From an uncultured Candidatus Micrarchaeota archaeon (GTDB lineage Archaea > Micrarchaeota > Micrarchaeia > Burarchaeales > Fermentimicrarchaeaceae), in assembly GCA_963760615.1 (NCBI GenBank), contig CAVXDX010000015.1:1-39864 (forward strand): a DNA stretch of 39,864 nt. Reading direction: 5' to 3'. Position numbers and translations under genes: made by a program. The notes beneath the pieces were generated by a model. The model was given only the letters and a program-made list of their open reading frames with translations, searched no databases and was not told the DNA's origin. This document shows positions 8,728 to 16,528 of the stretch, one piece after another. Each line of letters begins with the position of its first letter. Within the stretch, counting starts at the first letter, position 1.

Positions 8728-9642
8728 TCAAACACCGCTCTCGCTCCCATAAAACTTTCTCTCCTCCTCGAGGTCGCCAAGCGCGGTCGTAATCTCCTTG
8801 TCGCCAGGCGCCTTGCCGTGCCAATCTGTGATGAACTCCATAAACGAGATGTCCTTCCCGGGAACGGTATGCGCGATTATCATCGTGGGCCTATCTATTA
8901 CTTTTTTCGCCTCGCTGCACGCATCTATAAGCTGTTCTATGTTGTGCCCGTCAACCTCGAGCACGTGCCAGCCGAACGCGCGGTATTTTTCCGCAAGCGG
9001 CTCGAGCGGGAGAACATCCTCCGTAAATCCATCGATCTGTATATTGTTCCTGTCCATGAGCACCGTTAGATTTCCAAGCTTGAATTTCGATGCGAGAAGG
9101 ACTGCCTCCCATGTCTGCCCCTCATCGTGCTCGCCGTCAGAGCACACGCAGTAGACCCTCCAGCTTTTTCTCTCCCTTTTCGCTACGAGCGCCATTCCGA
9201 CGGCTATTGAGAGTCCCTGACCGAGAGGGCCTGAGCTGTTCTCGATTCCCGGGAGCGAGCCGCGGTGCGGATGGCCCTGCAAGCGCGAGCCCAGTTTCCT
9301 CAGGGACATGAGCTCCTCCTTCGGGAAATAACCGGCCTCTGCCATCGCCGCGTACATCACCGGGCACACGTGGCCGTTTGAGAGAACAAACCTGTCCCTT
9401 CCAGGCCATGTTGGATTTTTAGGGTCATGGTTCAGTATGTTGAAATAAAGAGCGGTGAATATGTCCGCGAGCCCGATGGAGCCTGCGGAATGTCCTGATT
9501 TCGCCTCGTGGAGCATTTTCACGACGCTCTGCCTCACGCCATTCGCGATCAGGTGGAGTTTTTTTATATCATTTATTTTCTTCAATCCTACGCCCGGCTG
9601 GCCAGTTTCAAGAAGCATTTGCTTTGAGGTGTCTTCAACCAT
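8728..9642 (-). CDS. tkt: Transketolase N-terminal (TPP-binding) subunit
   Basis: SGHSAGS, RDRFVLSNGH, LQGHP, SGPLGQGLS, TPP motif SDGEHDEG...DRN, WHGKAP. Confidence 0.94.
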   Translation of the reverse strand: MVEDTSKQMLLETGQPGVGLKKINDIKKLHLIANGVRQSVVKMLHEAKSGHSAGSIGLADIFTALYFNILNHDPKNPTWPGRDRFVLSNGHVCPVMYAAMAEAGYFPKEELMSLRKLGSRLQGHPHRGSLPGIENSSGPLGQGLSIAVGMALVAKRERKSWRVYCVCSDGEHDEGQTWEAVLLASKFKLGNLTVLMDRNNIQIDGFTEDVLPLEPLAEKYRAFGWHVLEVDGHNIEQLIDACSEAKKVIDRPTMIIAHTVPGKDISFMEFITDWHGKAPGDKEITTALGDLEEERKFYGSESGV

Positions 9643-10317
9643 CTATTCACCAGTAACCGTTTTCGCACCGCGCACGCCGGCGGCGGATATGTTTTTAATC
9701 GCCTCGCGCGGATTTTTTGCGGAGTATACCGCGCTCGCGGCGGCGAGAACGTTCGCGCCAGCGCCGCACGCGCGCCCGGCAGTCTCGGGATTCACTCCGC
9801 CGTCGACTTCTATCTCCAATTTCGGGAACCTAGTGCGCAGTGCGCGGATTTTCTCCTCAACATCAGGGATGTATTTCTGCCCATAAAACCCAGGATGAAC
9901 GGCCATCACCAACACGCGTGAAATATCTTTTATGTATGGTCCAAGTTTTTCGATTGTTGTCTCTGGATTGAGCACGAGCCCGAGCCGACAACCTGACCTC
10001 GCGCAGATTTTTTTGAGCGCGCCCCAGTTTTCTTTGTTTATCGTCTCCACGTGCACGAGATGGAGATGGTTTCCATTTATTTTCGCGATCCATCTCTCCG
10101 GGTGTTTCACCATCCAGTGAAACTCGTACGAGACGCCATTCGGCAGCTCAGCAAGGCTTTCGAGCCCGATGGTTTTATTCGGCACGAACTCGTTATCCAT
10201 CATGTCTATATGCACGACTGAAACGCTTTCCCTAACGCGCGCTATGCACTCTAGCAATTCCGCTCTGCTTTTTACTAATATGGCAGGGACTACCTCCACC
10301 ATCTGACCATCCTGCAT
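9643..10317 (-). CDS. rpe: Ribulose-phosphate 3-epimerase
   Basis: VHIDMMDNEFVPN, EFHWMV, GLVLNPET, VMAVHPGFYGQ, IEVDGGV. Start may be ATG 10302. Confidence 0.92.
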   Translation of the reverse strand: MQDGQMVEVVPAILVKSRAELLECIARVRESVSVVHIDMMDNEFVPNKTIGLESLAELPNGVSYEFHWMVKHPERWIAKINGNHLHLVHVETINKENWGALKKICARSGCRLGLVLNPETTIEKLGPYIKDISRVLVMAVHPGFYGQKYIPDVEEKIRALRTRFPKLEIEVDGGVNPETAGRACGAGANVLAAASAVYSAKNPREAIKNISAAGVRGAKTVTGE

Positions 10318-10347
10318 AACGCGTTAAATAATGAATGAAAAAATATA

Positions 10348-11205
10348 TTAAGGTAAATAGTCAGTGAGCCTTCTCTTCACGCTCACAACTGCTGCGGGTC
10401 CAGGTATGCTGTCGCTTACAACGATTTCCTTCGCGCCCGCGGCGCGTATCTTGTCGAACGCGCAGCTCACGAGCAGGCCATGAACAGCAGCGCATACAAT
10501 CCTTTTCGCGCCCCCTTTCTTGCACACTTGCGCCGCGCGTATCATCGTCTCACCCGCGATTATCATATCGTCTATAAGGATGACATCCCTTCCAGTAACA
10601 TCGAAATCCAGTTTCTCCTCAATTATCTGTCTGAATGTCACTGGCCCGTGTACATAATCACCAAGGGTTTTTTCCATGCTCACTCCGCCTACCTTTTTCA
10701 CCATGTACGCCGTGCCTATATCTGGGGATATAAAAACAGGATTGCTCACTTTCGGCTTCACGTACGCGAGGAGCTCAGGCGCGAGCGAGCGGTTGTCTAT
10801 GTTCAAACCTACATAGTTCTTCTTTCCCTCGCCCTCCTGCATGAAATGGCAGTCGAACGTGACGAGCTCGTCCAGGCCCGCGTTCGTGAGCATCCCGCAT
10901 ATCAAACTCCCGGATTTCACCTCGCCTTTCCGGACTTTCTCATCCTTGCGCGCATAGGGAAGATACGGGACTAGCGCGGTTACGCGCGCAGCGAGAGGTC
11001 TGACTACCTCAAGAATATGGAATAACTGGAATAACCTCGAGTCCTGGTCCGGGTAGCACCTGTGGAGAATGACTACATCTTTGCCCTCGAGCTTGTCGAT
11101 ATCTGGGATGTAGACGTAGTTCTCGCAATCAGGGAATTTTTTTATTTCGAAATTTGGCGCGCATAGGTCGGCGCAGTTCGGACTCACGAGAAGGTGTTTT
11201 TCCAT
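10348..11205 (-). CDS. prs: Ribose-phosphate pyrophosphokinase (copy 2)
   Basis: FPDCENYVYI, VPYLPYARKD, ISPDIG, VILIDDMIIAGETM, VHGLL. Start set at MEKHLL (11205). Confidence 0.9.
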   Translation of the reverse strand: MEKHLLVSPNCADLCAPNFEIKKFPDCENYVYIPDIDKLEGKDVVILHRCYPDQDSRLFQLFHILEVVRPLAARVTALVPYLPYARKDEKVRKGEVKSGSLICGMLTNAGLDELVTFDCHFMQEGEGKKNYVGLNIDNRSLAPELLAYVKPKVSNPVFISPDIGTAYMVKKVGGVSMEKTLGDYVHGPVTFRQIIEEKLDFDVTGRDVILIDDMIIAGETMIRAAQVCKKGGAKRIVCAAVHGLLVSCAFDKIRAAGAKEIVVSDSIPGPAAVVSVKRRLTDYLP

Positions 11206-11298
11206 AATATTAATTAGACAGAAGATATAAATAATATTCTCACATAAACACAATCAACCTAAAAAAGTAAGTACTCTCAATTCATTGGGAAGGTTAGT

Positions 11299-11883
11299 AT
11301 GATGATACACACAAGAATGGAAAAGCTCACCCAGAAGATAGAGGAGCAGCTCCGCGCGATAGACCAGAAGAGCATAGACCAGTTCGTGGAGTCCCTCATA
11401 AATACAAAGAGGATATTTATCGTGGGCGCCGGGAGGAGCGGTCTTGTCGCAAAGGCATTCGGCATGAGGCTGATGCACCTAGGCTTCACAGTCTACGTAG
11501 TCGGAGAGGTAATCACCCCAGCCATAAACAAGGACGACCTACTCATTATAGTGTCGGGTTCGGGCCAGACACTCTCTCCTATTGTCGCAGCGAGGATTGC
11601 AAAGGAAAAGGGCGTGAAAATAGTTAGCATTACCTCAAATCCAGACTCAGACATAGGGAAGATTTCGGAAGTAGTGGTTCAGATAAAAGGAAGGCGCCCG
11701 GAGGATGCAAAACGGGATTACGAGGCGAGGCAGCTCCTAGGCAATCATGAACCCCTCACCCCACTTGGAACGCTTTTCGAGCTATCCACCATGGTGTTTC
11801 TAGACTCCATAATAGACGAACTGATGCTAAAGTACAAAAAGAGCGAGGACGAGCTAAGGAAACTGCATGCTGATTTAGAATGA
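11299..11883 (+). CDS. hxlB: 6-phospho-3-hexuloisomerase (SIS domain)
   Basis: IFIVGAGRSGLVAKAFGMRLMHLG, VSGSGQT, PLGTLFE, HADLE C-terminus. Confidence 0.93.
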   Translation: MMIHTRMEKLTQKIEEQLRAIDQKSIDQFVESLINTKRIFIVGAGRSGLVAKAFGMRLMHLGFTVYVVGEVITPAINKDDLLIIVSGSGQTLSPIVAARIAKEKGVKIVSITSNPDSDIGKISEVVVQIKGRRPEDAKRDYEARQLLGNHEPLTPLGTLFELSTMVFLDSIIDELMLKYKKSEDELRKLHADLE

Positions 11884-11885
11884 GT

Positions 11886-12179
11886 CTACCTGCTGAAGCC
11901 CCTTACCTCTTCCTCTGGAAGTTCTGCAAACTTCTCTGCAGTACTTCCTTTGGTGACAACCACAACGTCCTCAACAGACTTTACATTCCTGTAGAGCACG
12001 CTCGCCTCCCTCAGCACTCTCCTTGCCTCTTCCCTGCTTATTGCCGTTAGGGGCTGCATGGTCATCCTTACAACTTCTCCCTTCTCAAGGTCAAGAATCA
12101 GGTCTATTACCCTTCCGAGATATTTTCCAGCGTCGCTGTATATATCCATTCCGTATAACCTAGAGAGCCTCATAGTCAT
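11886..12179 (-). CDS. PRC-barrel domain protein
   Basis: RLSRLYGMDIYSDAGKYLGRVIDLILD...VKSVEDVVVV is a typical archaeal PRC barrel. Confidence 0.85.
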   Translation of the reverse strand: MTMRLSRLYGMDIYSDAGKYLGRVIDLILDLEKGEVVRMTMQPLTAISREEARRVLREASVLYRNVKSVEDVVVVTKGSTAEKFAELPEEEVRGFSR

Positions 12180-12272
12180 TATATCACCACTTACACTCCC
12201 TTCTTTTCACTTTTCTATTTAAAAAGCTTACTGTTTTAAAGGAGTGAAGCTAATAAATCTACGAGGTTTTCT

Positions 12273-12572
12273 ATGGGATTGAAGGAAATACTCTTTAGGG
12301 CAAAGCCCCTCTGCATATTCCTGGAGCTCAAGGACACTTCTAAGGATTGGTATGCTTCAAACCTTGCAGCTGGGTGCGGCACCACCTACGTGCACACCAC
12401 AAAACTGCTCAAGGAATTCAAAAAAACAAACCTCGTCACGTTCGAAGTAAAAGGCCGGGTCAAGAAGGTGAAGCTCACCGAGAGAGGCATGCAGCTCGCC
12501 TCTGCACTTGGAGAGCTGATGCAAAAACTTGAGGAAAAGGAAGAGGAAAAGAAGGAGCAAAAAACAGCCTAA
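12273..12572 (+). CDS. Winged-HTH (MarR-like) protein
   Basis: YASNLAAGCGTTYVHTTKLLKEF...VTFEVKGRVKKVKLTERG wing pattern. Confidence 0.75.
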   Translation: MGLKEILFRAKPLCIFLELKDTSKDWYASNLAAGCGTTYVHTTKLLKEFKKTNLVTFEVKGRVKKVKLTERGMQLASALGELMQKLEEKEEEKKEQKTA

Positions 12573-12982
12573 ACAGCCCTCAGCACTATTTCTATCCTCT
12601 CAGCATTCAGCATATAACCATAATTCCTGTAGTGGCATATCGCAGTCACTTCAATGGGGTAGTCACCTGCGTCCGTCCTCGGGTTTCCCCAAACTTCAAC
12701 CTTCACAACCTTCTCCTCACCAGACTTTATCTCACCCAGCCTTATCTCCCTGGCGTTTGAGAGGGCAGTCTGGTCGAACCCCAGGTTCTTGGGAAGCTTC
12801 ACAATAATTGAAGTGAGCAGTACCTCCTCCTTCAAATTTTTCAAATCAATAATCAAGAGCACGCTCTCCATCTTATTTGCATTCAATCTATAGGGATGGA
12901 AACTGAGCTTCATCGCATATGGAACTTTCTTTGTCAGCTCCTCCCCCACATCCTTCTTCCCAAAAATGTCAAGCAGCTTCAC
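12569..12982 (-). CDS. Hypothetical beta-sandwich (Ig/NEW3-like) protein; paralog of 29496-29861
   Basis: Alternating hydrophobic beta pattern; FHPYRLNA...IRLGEI...DYPIEVT motifs shared with the second copy. Confidence 0.7.
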   Translation of the reverse strand: MKLLDIFGKKDVGEELTKKVPYAMKLSFHPYRLNANKMESVLLIIDLKNLKEEVLLTSIIVKLPKNLGFDQTALSNAREIRLGEIKSGEEKVVKVEVWGNPRTDAGDYPIEVTAICHYRNYGYMLNAERIEIVLRAV

Positions 12983-13066
12983 CAGATCACCTTTTCTCTA
13001 TGCTTATTGCTCCACACCCTTTTTAATCTTTACTCAATTAAATGTCTATTCCTAGAGGTATCGAAA

Positions 13067-14164
13067 ATGGAAGCGAATGGATATATCGACGAGTGGGGAC
13101 CAGAAAAAATAATCATAACATACGACCAGAAGACGAAGACAAAGGGCATCGTTGTCGTAGACAACTCAGCTCTTGGACCGGGCAAGGGAGGGATAAGACT
13201 TGTGCCAGACCTCACGGTGACAGAAGTTTTTAGACTTGCAAGAGTAATGACCTGGAAGAACGCCCTCGCCGAACTTCCCTTCGGTGGCGGGAAGAGCGGC
13301 ATAAAGGGAGACCCCCGCGGGGATAAGGCTTCAATGATGAGGGCCTTTGGAAAAGCTCTGAAATTACTCTGCCCTGGCGACTACTTGGCAGGTCCTGACA
13401 TGAATACAGGTGCTGAGGAAATGAGGGTGTTTGTTGAAGGCGCCGGTAACCCCAAGGCAGCAACTGGCAAGCCCACAGACATGGGCGGCTTACCGCATGA
13501 GCTTGGCTCCACAGGCTTTGGCGTTGCAGAGTCCACAGAGATTGCTGCAGAGTTTGCTGGCATAGGCCTCAAGGGAACAACTGTTGCAATTGAGGGTTTT
13601 GGCAATGTGGGCACGTTCACTATGAAATTCCTCTCTGAGAAAGGCGCGAAGGTTGTTGCAGTTTCAGACTCTAAGGGAACAATATACAACCCCGATGGTT
13701 TGAATTATGACGAGCTTATGAAAACCAAGAAGGAGAAGGGAACAGTTCTCAGCTATCCTTCCGGAAAACAACTCCCAACTGCAGACCTCTTCGGGCTTGA
13801 CGTTGCAATACTCATACCTGGGGCAAGGCCAGATGTGATAAACGAGAAAAACGTCAACAATGTGAAGGCTAAGATACTTATCGAGGCTGCAAACCTGCCC
13901 GTGAAGCTGGAAAGCGAGATGATTCTTCACAACAGGGGCGTGCTGATTGTCCCAGATCTTATAGCGAATGCAGGGGGCGTCCTATTATCCTATACAGAGA
14001 GCATAGGGGGCACCAAGGAGCAGGCATTCTCCCTCATAACCGAGAGAGTCAGGAAGAACACGAAGATGGTTCTTGAGAAGGCGAAGAATGAATCCACTAC
14101 CACAAGGGATGCCGCCATGGCTATAGCTAAAGAGAGGGTGCTTGCTGCAATGAATAAGAGGTAG
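13067..14164 (+). CDS. gdhA: Glutamate dehydrogenase (Glu/Leu/Phe/Val DH family)
   Basis: GPGKGGIR (Lys fits glutamate specificity), PFGGGKSG, GPDMNT, IEGFGNVG, EAANLP, VPDLIANAGGV. Start MEANG at 13067. Confidence 0.9.
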   Translation: MEANGYIDEWGPEKIIITYDQKTKTKGIVVVDNSALGPGKGGIRLVPDLTVTEVFRLARVMTWKNALAELPFGGGKSGIKGDPRGDKASMMRAFGKALKLLCPGDYLAGPDMNTGAEEMRVFVEGAGNPKAATGKPTDMGGLPHELGSTGFGVAESTEIAAEFAGIGLKGTTVAIEGFGNVGTFTMKFLSEKGAKVVAVSDSKGTIYNPDGLNYDELMKTKKEKGTVLSYPSGKQLPTADLFGLDVAILIPGARPDVINEKNVNNVKAKILIEAANLPVKLESEMILHNRGVLIVPDLIANAGGVLLSYTESIGGTKEQAFSLITERVRKNTKMVLEKAKNESTTTRDAAMAIAKERVLAAMNKR

Positions 14165-14570
14165 TCTTTCCTCCCCTCTTTTTCTCCTTTCCCCTTTTTG
14201 CGAGTGCAAAAGTCAACCCCAAATCCTCGTTTGCATTGCCTTCTTTCACCCATGCTTTCACATACTCGCCAAAGTTCTTGAGTGGTTTTGTGAACCTGTC
14301 TGTGAATGAATAGACCTCCTCCTCGTGCTTCAGTATGCCAACCTGCACCCCAAAATCCAGATACCTCTTCCATGTTGCAAGGGGCAGCTCCTCAGGGCAT
14401 TCCCTCAGCCTCAAGAAACCTTTTCTCTTCACAAGCAGCAGAGCTGATGCAAATCTGTAAGCCTGCGTCTCATTGTCAAAGTAAGCTCTTGCTATCTCCT
14501 TGACTGAAATGTTCTTGAGCTTCTCCTTGAGAACAGCATCCTCCCATTCCCAGTATTTCAAAGAAACCAT
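14127..14570 (-). CDS. Hypothetical protein, possible winged helix
   Basis: Clean ORF directly downstream of the GTPase; ATWKRYLDFGVQVGILKHEEEVYSFT resembles a recognition helix plus wing. Overlaps the gdhA 3' end by 38 nt. Confidence 0.6.
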   Translation of the reverse strand: MVSLKYWEWEDAVLKEKLKNISVKEIARAYFDNETQAYRFASALLLVKRKGFLRLRECPEELPLATWKRYLDFGVQVGILKHEEEVYSFTDRFTKPLKNFGEYVKAWVKEGNANEDLGLTFALAKRGKEKKRGGKTTSYSLQQAPSL

Positions 14571-14574
14571 GAAA

Positions 14575-15387
14575 CTACCTCATGACAATTGTTATCACAT
14601 CCCCATCCTTAAGAACATGATTCGCGCCTACCTTCTGCCCAGGGAACTTTGCCGAGCTGCCCCACACAAGAGCGTGTTCCATCTCCCCCTTCAACCTCAG
14701 CTTCTCCCACACATCCCTCAGTGATGAGCCCTCCCTCACGACAAGAGGCCTATTCCTGTCAGGCTCTCCTCTTCTAGGCTTCATGTAAACCCTCACAACC
14801 CTCAGCCTCCTGTATATTTCCTCCTTCAACCCCTCAATTCCCTCTCCACTCAATGCAGAAACACAGAATCCTCCTCCCCACTCCACATCGCACTTGTTGA
14901 TGACCACCAGAGGCTCTCCCGCCACCTTCACCCTCTCCAGCCCCTTCATAACACTTGACAAATTGCTTTTTGAAGAGTCGCACACTATAACGACCAAATC
15001 CGCTATTGTTGCGAAAGACAGTATCTCCGCCTCTCCAAGCTCCAGAGCAGGAGTATCAAGCACCTGTATTTGCACCCCTTTGTAGCTCATAATGCCTGGA
15101 ATTATCTTCTGGGTTGTGAATGGATGGTCCCCAATTTTGGAGTGCGCCCCAGTCAGCCTGTTGAATATGCTTGATTTTCCCACAAAGGACTCGCCTATGA
15201 GTATCACTGTGGCATCTCCGCTTTTCCTCACAGAAAACCTCGCCCCTCCCTTCCTGTGCTGCCCCACAACCTTCCTGAGATGAGCTAGCTTTGCCTTCAG
15301 CTTTCCGAAATGGTGCTCAGTGCCCTTGTGGTACTGGGTTCTCGCCATTTCATCTTCAATAGCCTTTATCTTCTCCTCAACCCCCAT
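14575..15387 (-). CDS. DRG/Rbg-family (OBG class) GTPase with TGS domain, internally shortened
   Basis: DRG N-terminus EEKIKAIEDEMARTQYHKGTEHH, G1 GESFVGKS, G2 PFTT, G3 DTPA, G4 NKCD, TGS tail ALVWGSSAKFPGQKVG..HVLKDGDVITI. Confidence 0.85.
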   Translation of the reverse strand: MGVEEKIKAIEDEMARTQYHKGTEHHFGKLKAKLAHLRKVVGQHRKGGARFSVRKSGDATVILIGESFVGKSSIFNRLTGAHSKIGDHPFTTQKIIPGIMSYKGVQIQVLDTPALELGEAEILSFATIADLVVIVCDSSKSNLSSVMKGLERVKVAGEPLVVINKCDVEWGGGFCVSALSGEGIEGLKEEIYRRLRVVRVYMKPRRGEPDRNRPLVVREGSSLRDVWEKLRLKGEMEHALVWGSSAKFPGQKVGANHVLKDGDVITIVMR

Positions 15388-15399
15388 GCAAACTCCTTC

Positions 15400-15768
15400 T
15401 CATCTCTTCAAGTACTTCCAGAACCTAAGGAAGGAACTGGACAGAAAAACCATCGCCGACATTGAGCTGTCCAGAAGCAGAATGTAGAATGTCCTATCCC
15501 CCAAAGCCAGCGCCAAGAGCAGCGAGAAGAGCAACCCGGCAATCGAGACCAATGCGCCGAAGCCCAGGCCAATGACATCCCTCCAGCGCAGCTTCTTCTT
15601 TTTCTCACTCTTTGCAACCTCCCGCATGAACTCAATGCAAAGTGACAAGAGCACCACACCTGTCCCTGCATAAAAGCTCCTGTCAAGCTGTATGAATACC
15701 CCTGCAAGGAATGCGACAAAAAGAAATGTGCTTAGCAGAAAGCCCAACCAGCTCTCAAGTAATCTCAT
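15400..15768 (-). CDS. Hypothetical membrane protein (4 TM)
   Basis: Four hydrophobic segments; 12 nt upstream of the GTPase on the same strand. Confidence 0.65.
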   Translation of the reverse strand: MRLLESWLGFLLSTFLFVAFLAGVFIQLDRSFYAGTGVVLLSLCIEFMREVAKSEKKKKLRWRDVIGLGFGALVSIAGLLFSLLLALALGDRTFYILLLDSSMSAMVFLSSSFLRFWKYLKR

Positions 15769-15866
15769 ACTATTTAAATTGGGCCTATAAAAATAAAACT
15801 ATGCCTGATTCCTTCGCAGTTGTGCGAGGAAAATGGTAACGCATAAAATTTAGTAAGTCCAACCCC

Positions 15867-16520
15867 CTAGCGCAGAAGAATTTCTATCCTCTCCTTCCCT
15901 GCACCGGGCTTCTTCCCCCTCTGCACAATTATCTCCCCAATCTCCTCCAACCTTTTGACGTGAGTCCCTCCGCACGGCATCTTCGGAAAGCCGTCAATCT
16001 CCCAATACCTGTAATTGGGCTTCTGCTCATCATTCCAAGTCCTTATCTCCCCCCCTCTCCCAATCAACTCATTCGCTTTGCTCTCAACAACTACCAGCTT
16101 CTCCCTGTCAAATGACTCAGTAAGATAATCCGTAATATCCTTCTTCTCATTCACAATTCCAGAGGAGGCAAGCTTGCATTTCTCGCCAAACATGTCAATC
16201 AACAGATAGTACACAACATGGGCTGCAGAATGCAGCCTCATCGTCCTGTATCTTTTCTCCCAGTCAATTTTCCCCTTTACAACATCACCAAACTTGAATT
16301 GAATTTCCCTCTCAAGAAGGTGCTTTACATTGTACTCCTCATCCTTCCTAGAGTCAATAACTCTCGCATCGTTCAGAAAGCCCGTGTCCCCTACCTGCCC
16401 CCCTCCCTGCGGGAAGAAGCACGTCCTGTCCAGCACCACTTCCTTCCCACTAGCTGAAACAACCTTTGCCTCAAACTCCCTCATGTAAGGGTCCTTCCAG
16501 AAAAGAGCTTCAGTTCCCAT
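15867..16520 (-). CDS. alaX: Alanyl-tRNA editing protein AlaX (AlaX-M type)
   Basis: VLDRTCFFPQGGGQVGDTG, RLHSAAH (HxxxH) and CGGTH Zn-editing motifs. Start MGTEALF at 16520. Confidence 0.92.
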   Translation of the reverse strand: MGTEALFWKDPYMREFEAKVVSASGKEVVLDRTCFFPQGGGQVGDTGFLNDARVIDSRKDEEYNVKHLLEREIQFKFGDVVKGKIDWEKRYRTMRLHSAAHVVYYLLIDMFGEKCKLASSGIVNEKKDITDYLTESFDREKLVVVESKANELIGRGGEIRTWNDEQKPNYRYWEIDGFPKMPCGGTHVKRLEEIGEIIVQRGKKPGAGKERIEILLR

Positions 16521-16528
16521 CGCAAAAC

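Noticed and set aside
15801-15839. 12-codon ORF MPDSFAVVRGKW over a bulged hairpin (15809-15831)
   Set aside because: No SD or recognisable product; the hairpin is more simply a 3' end structure for alaX.
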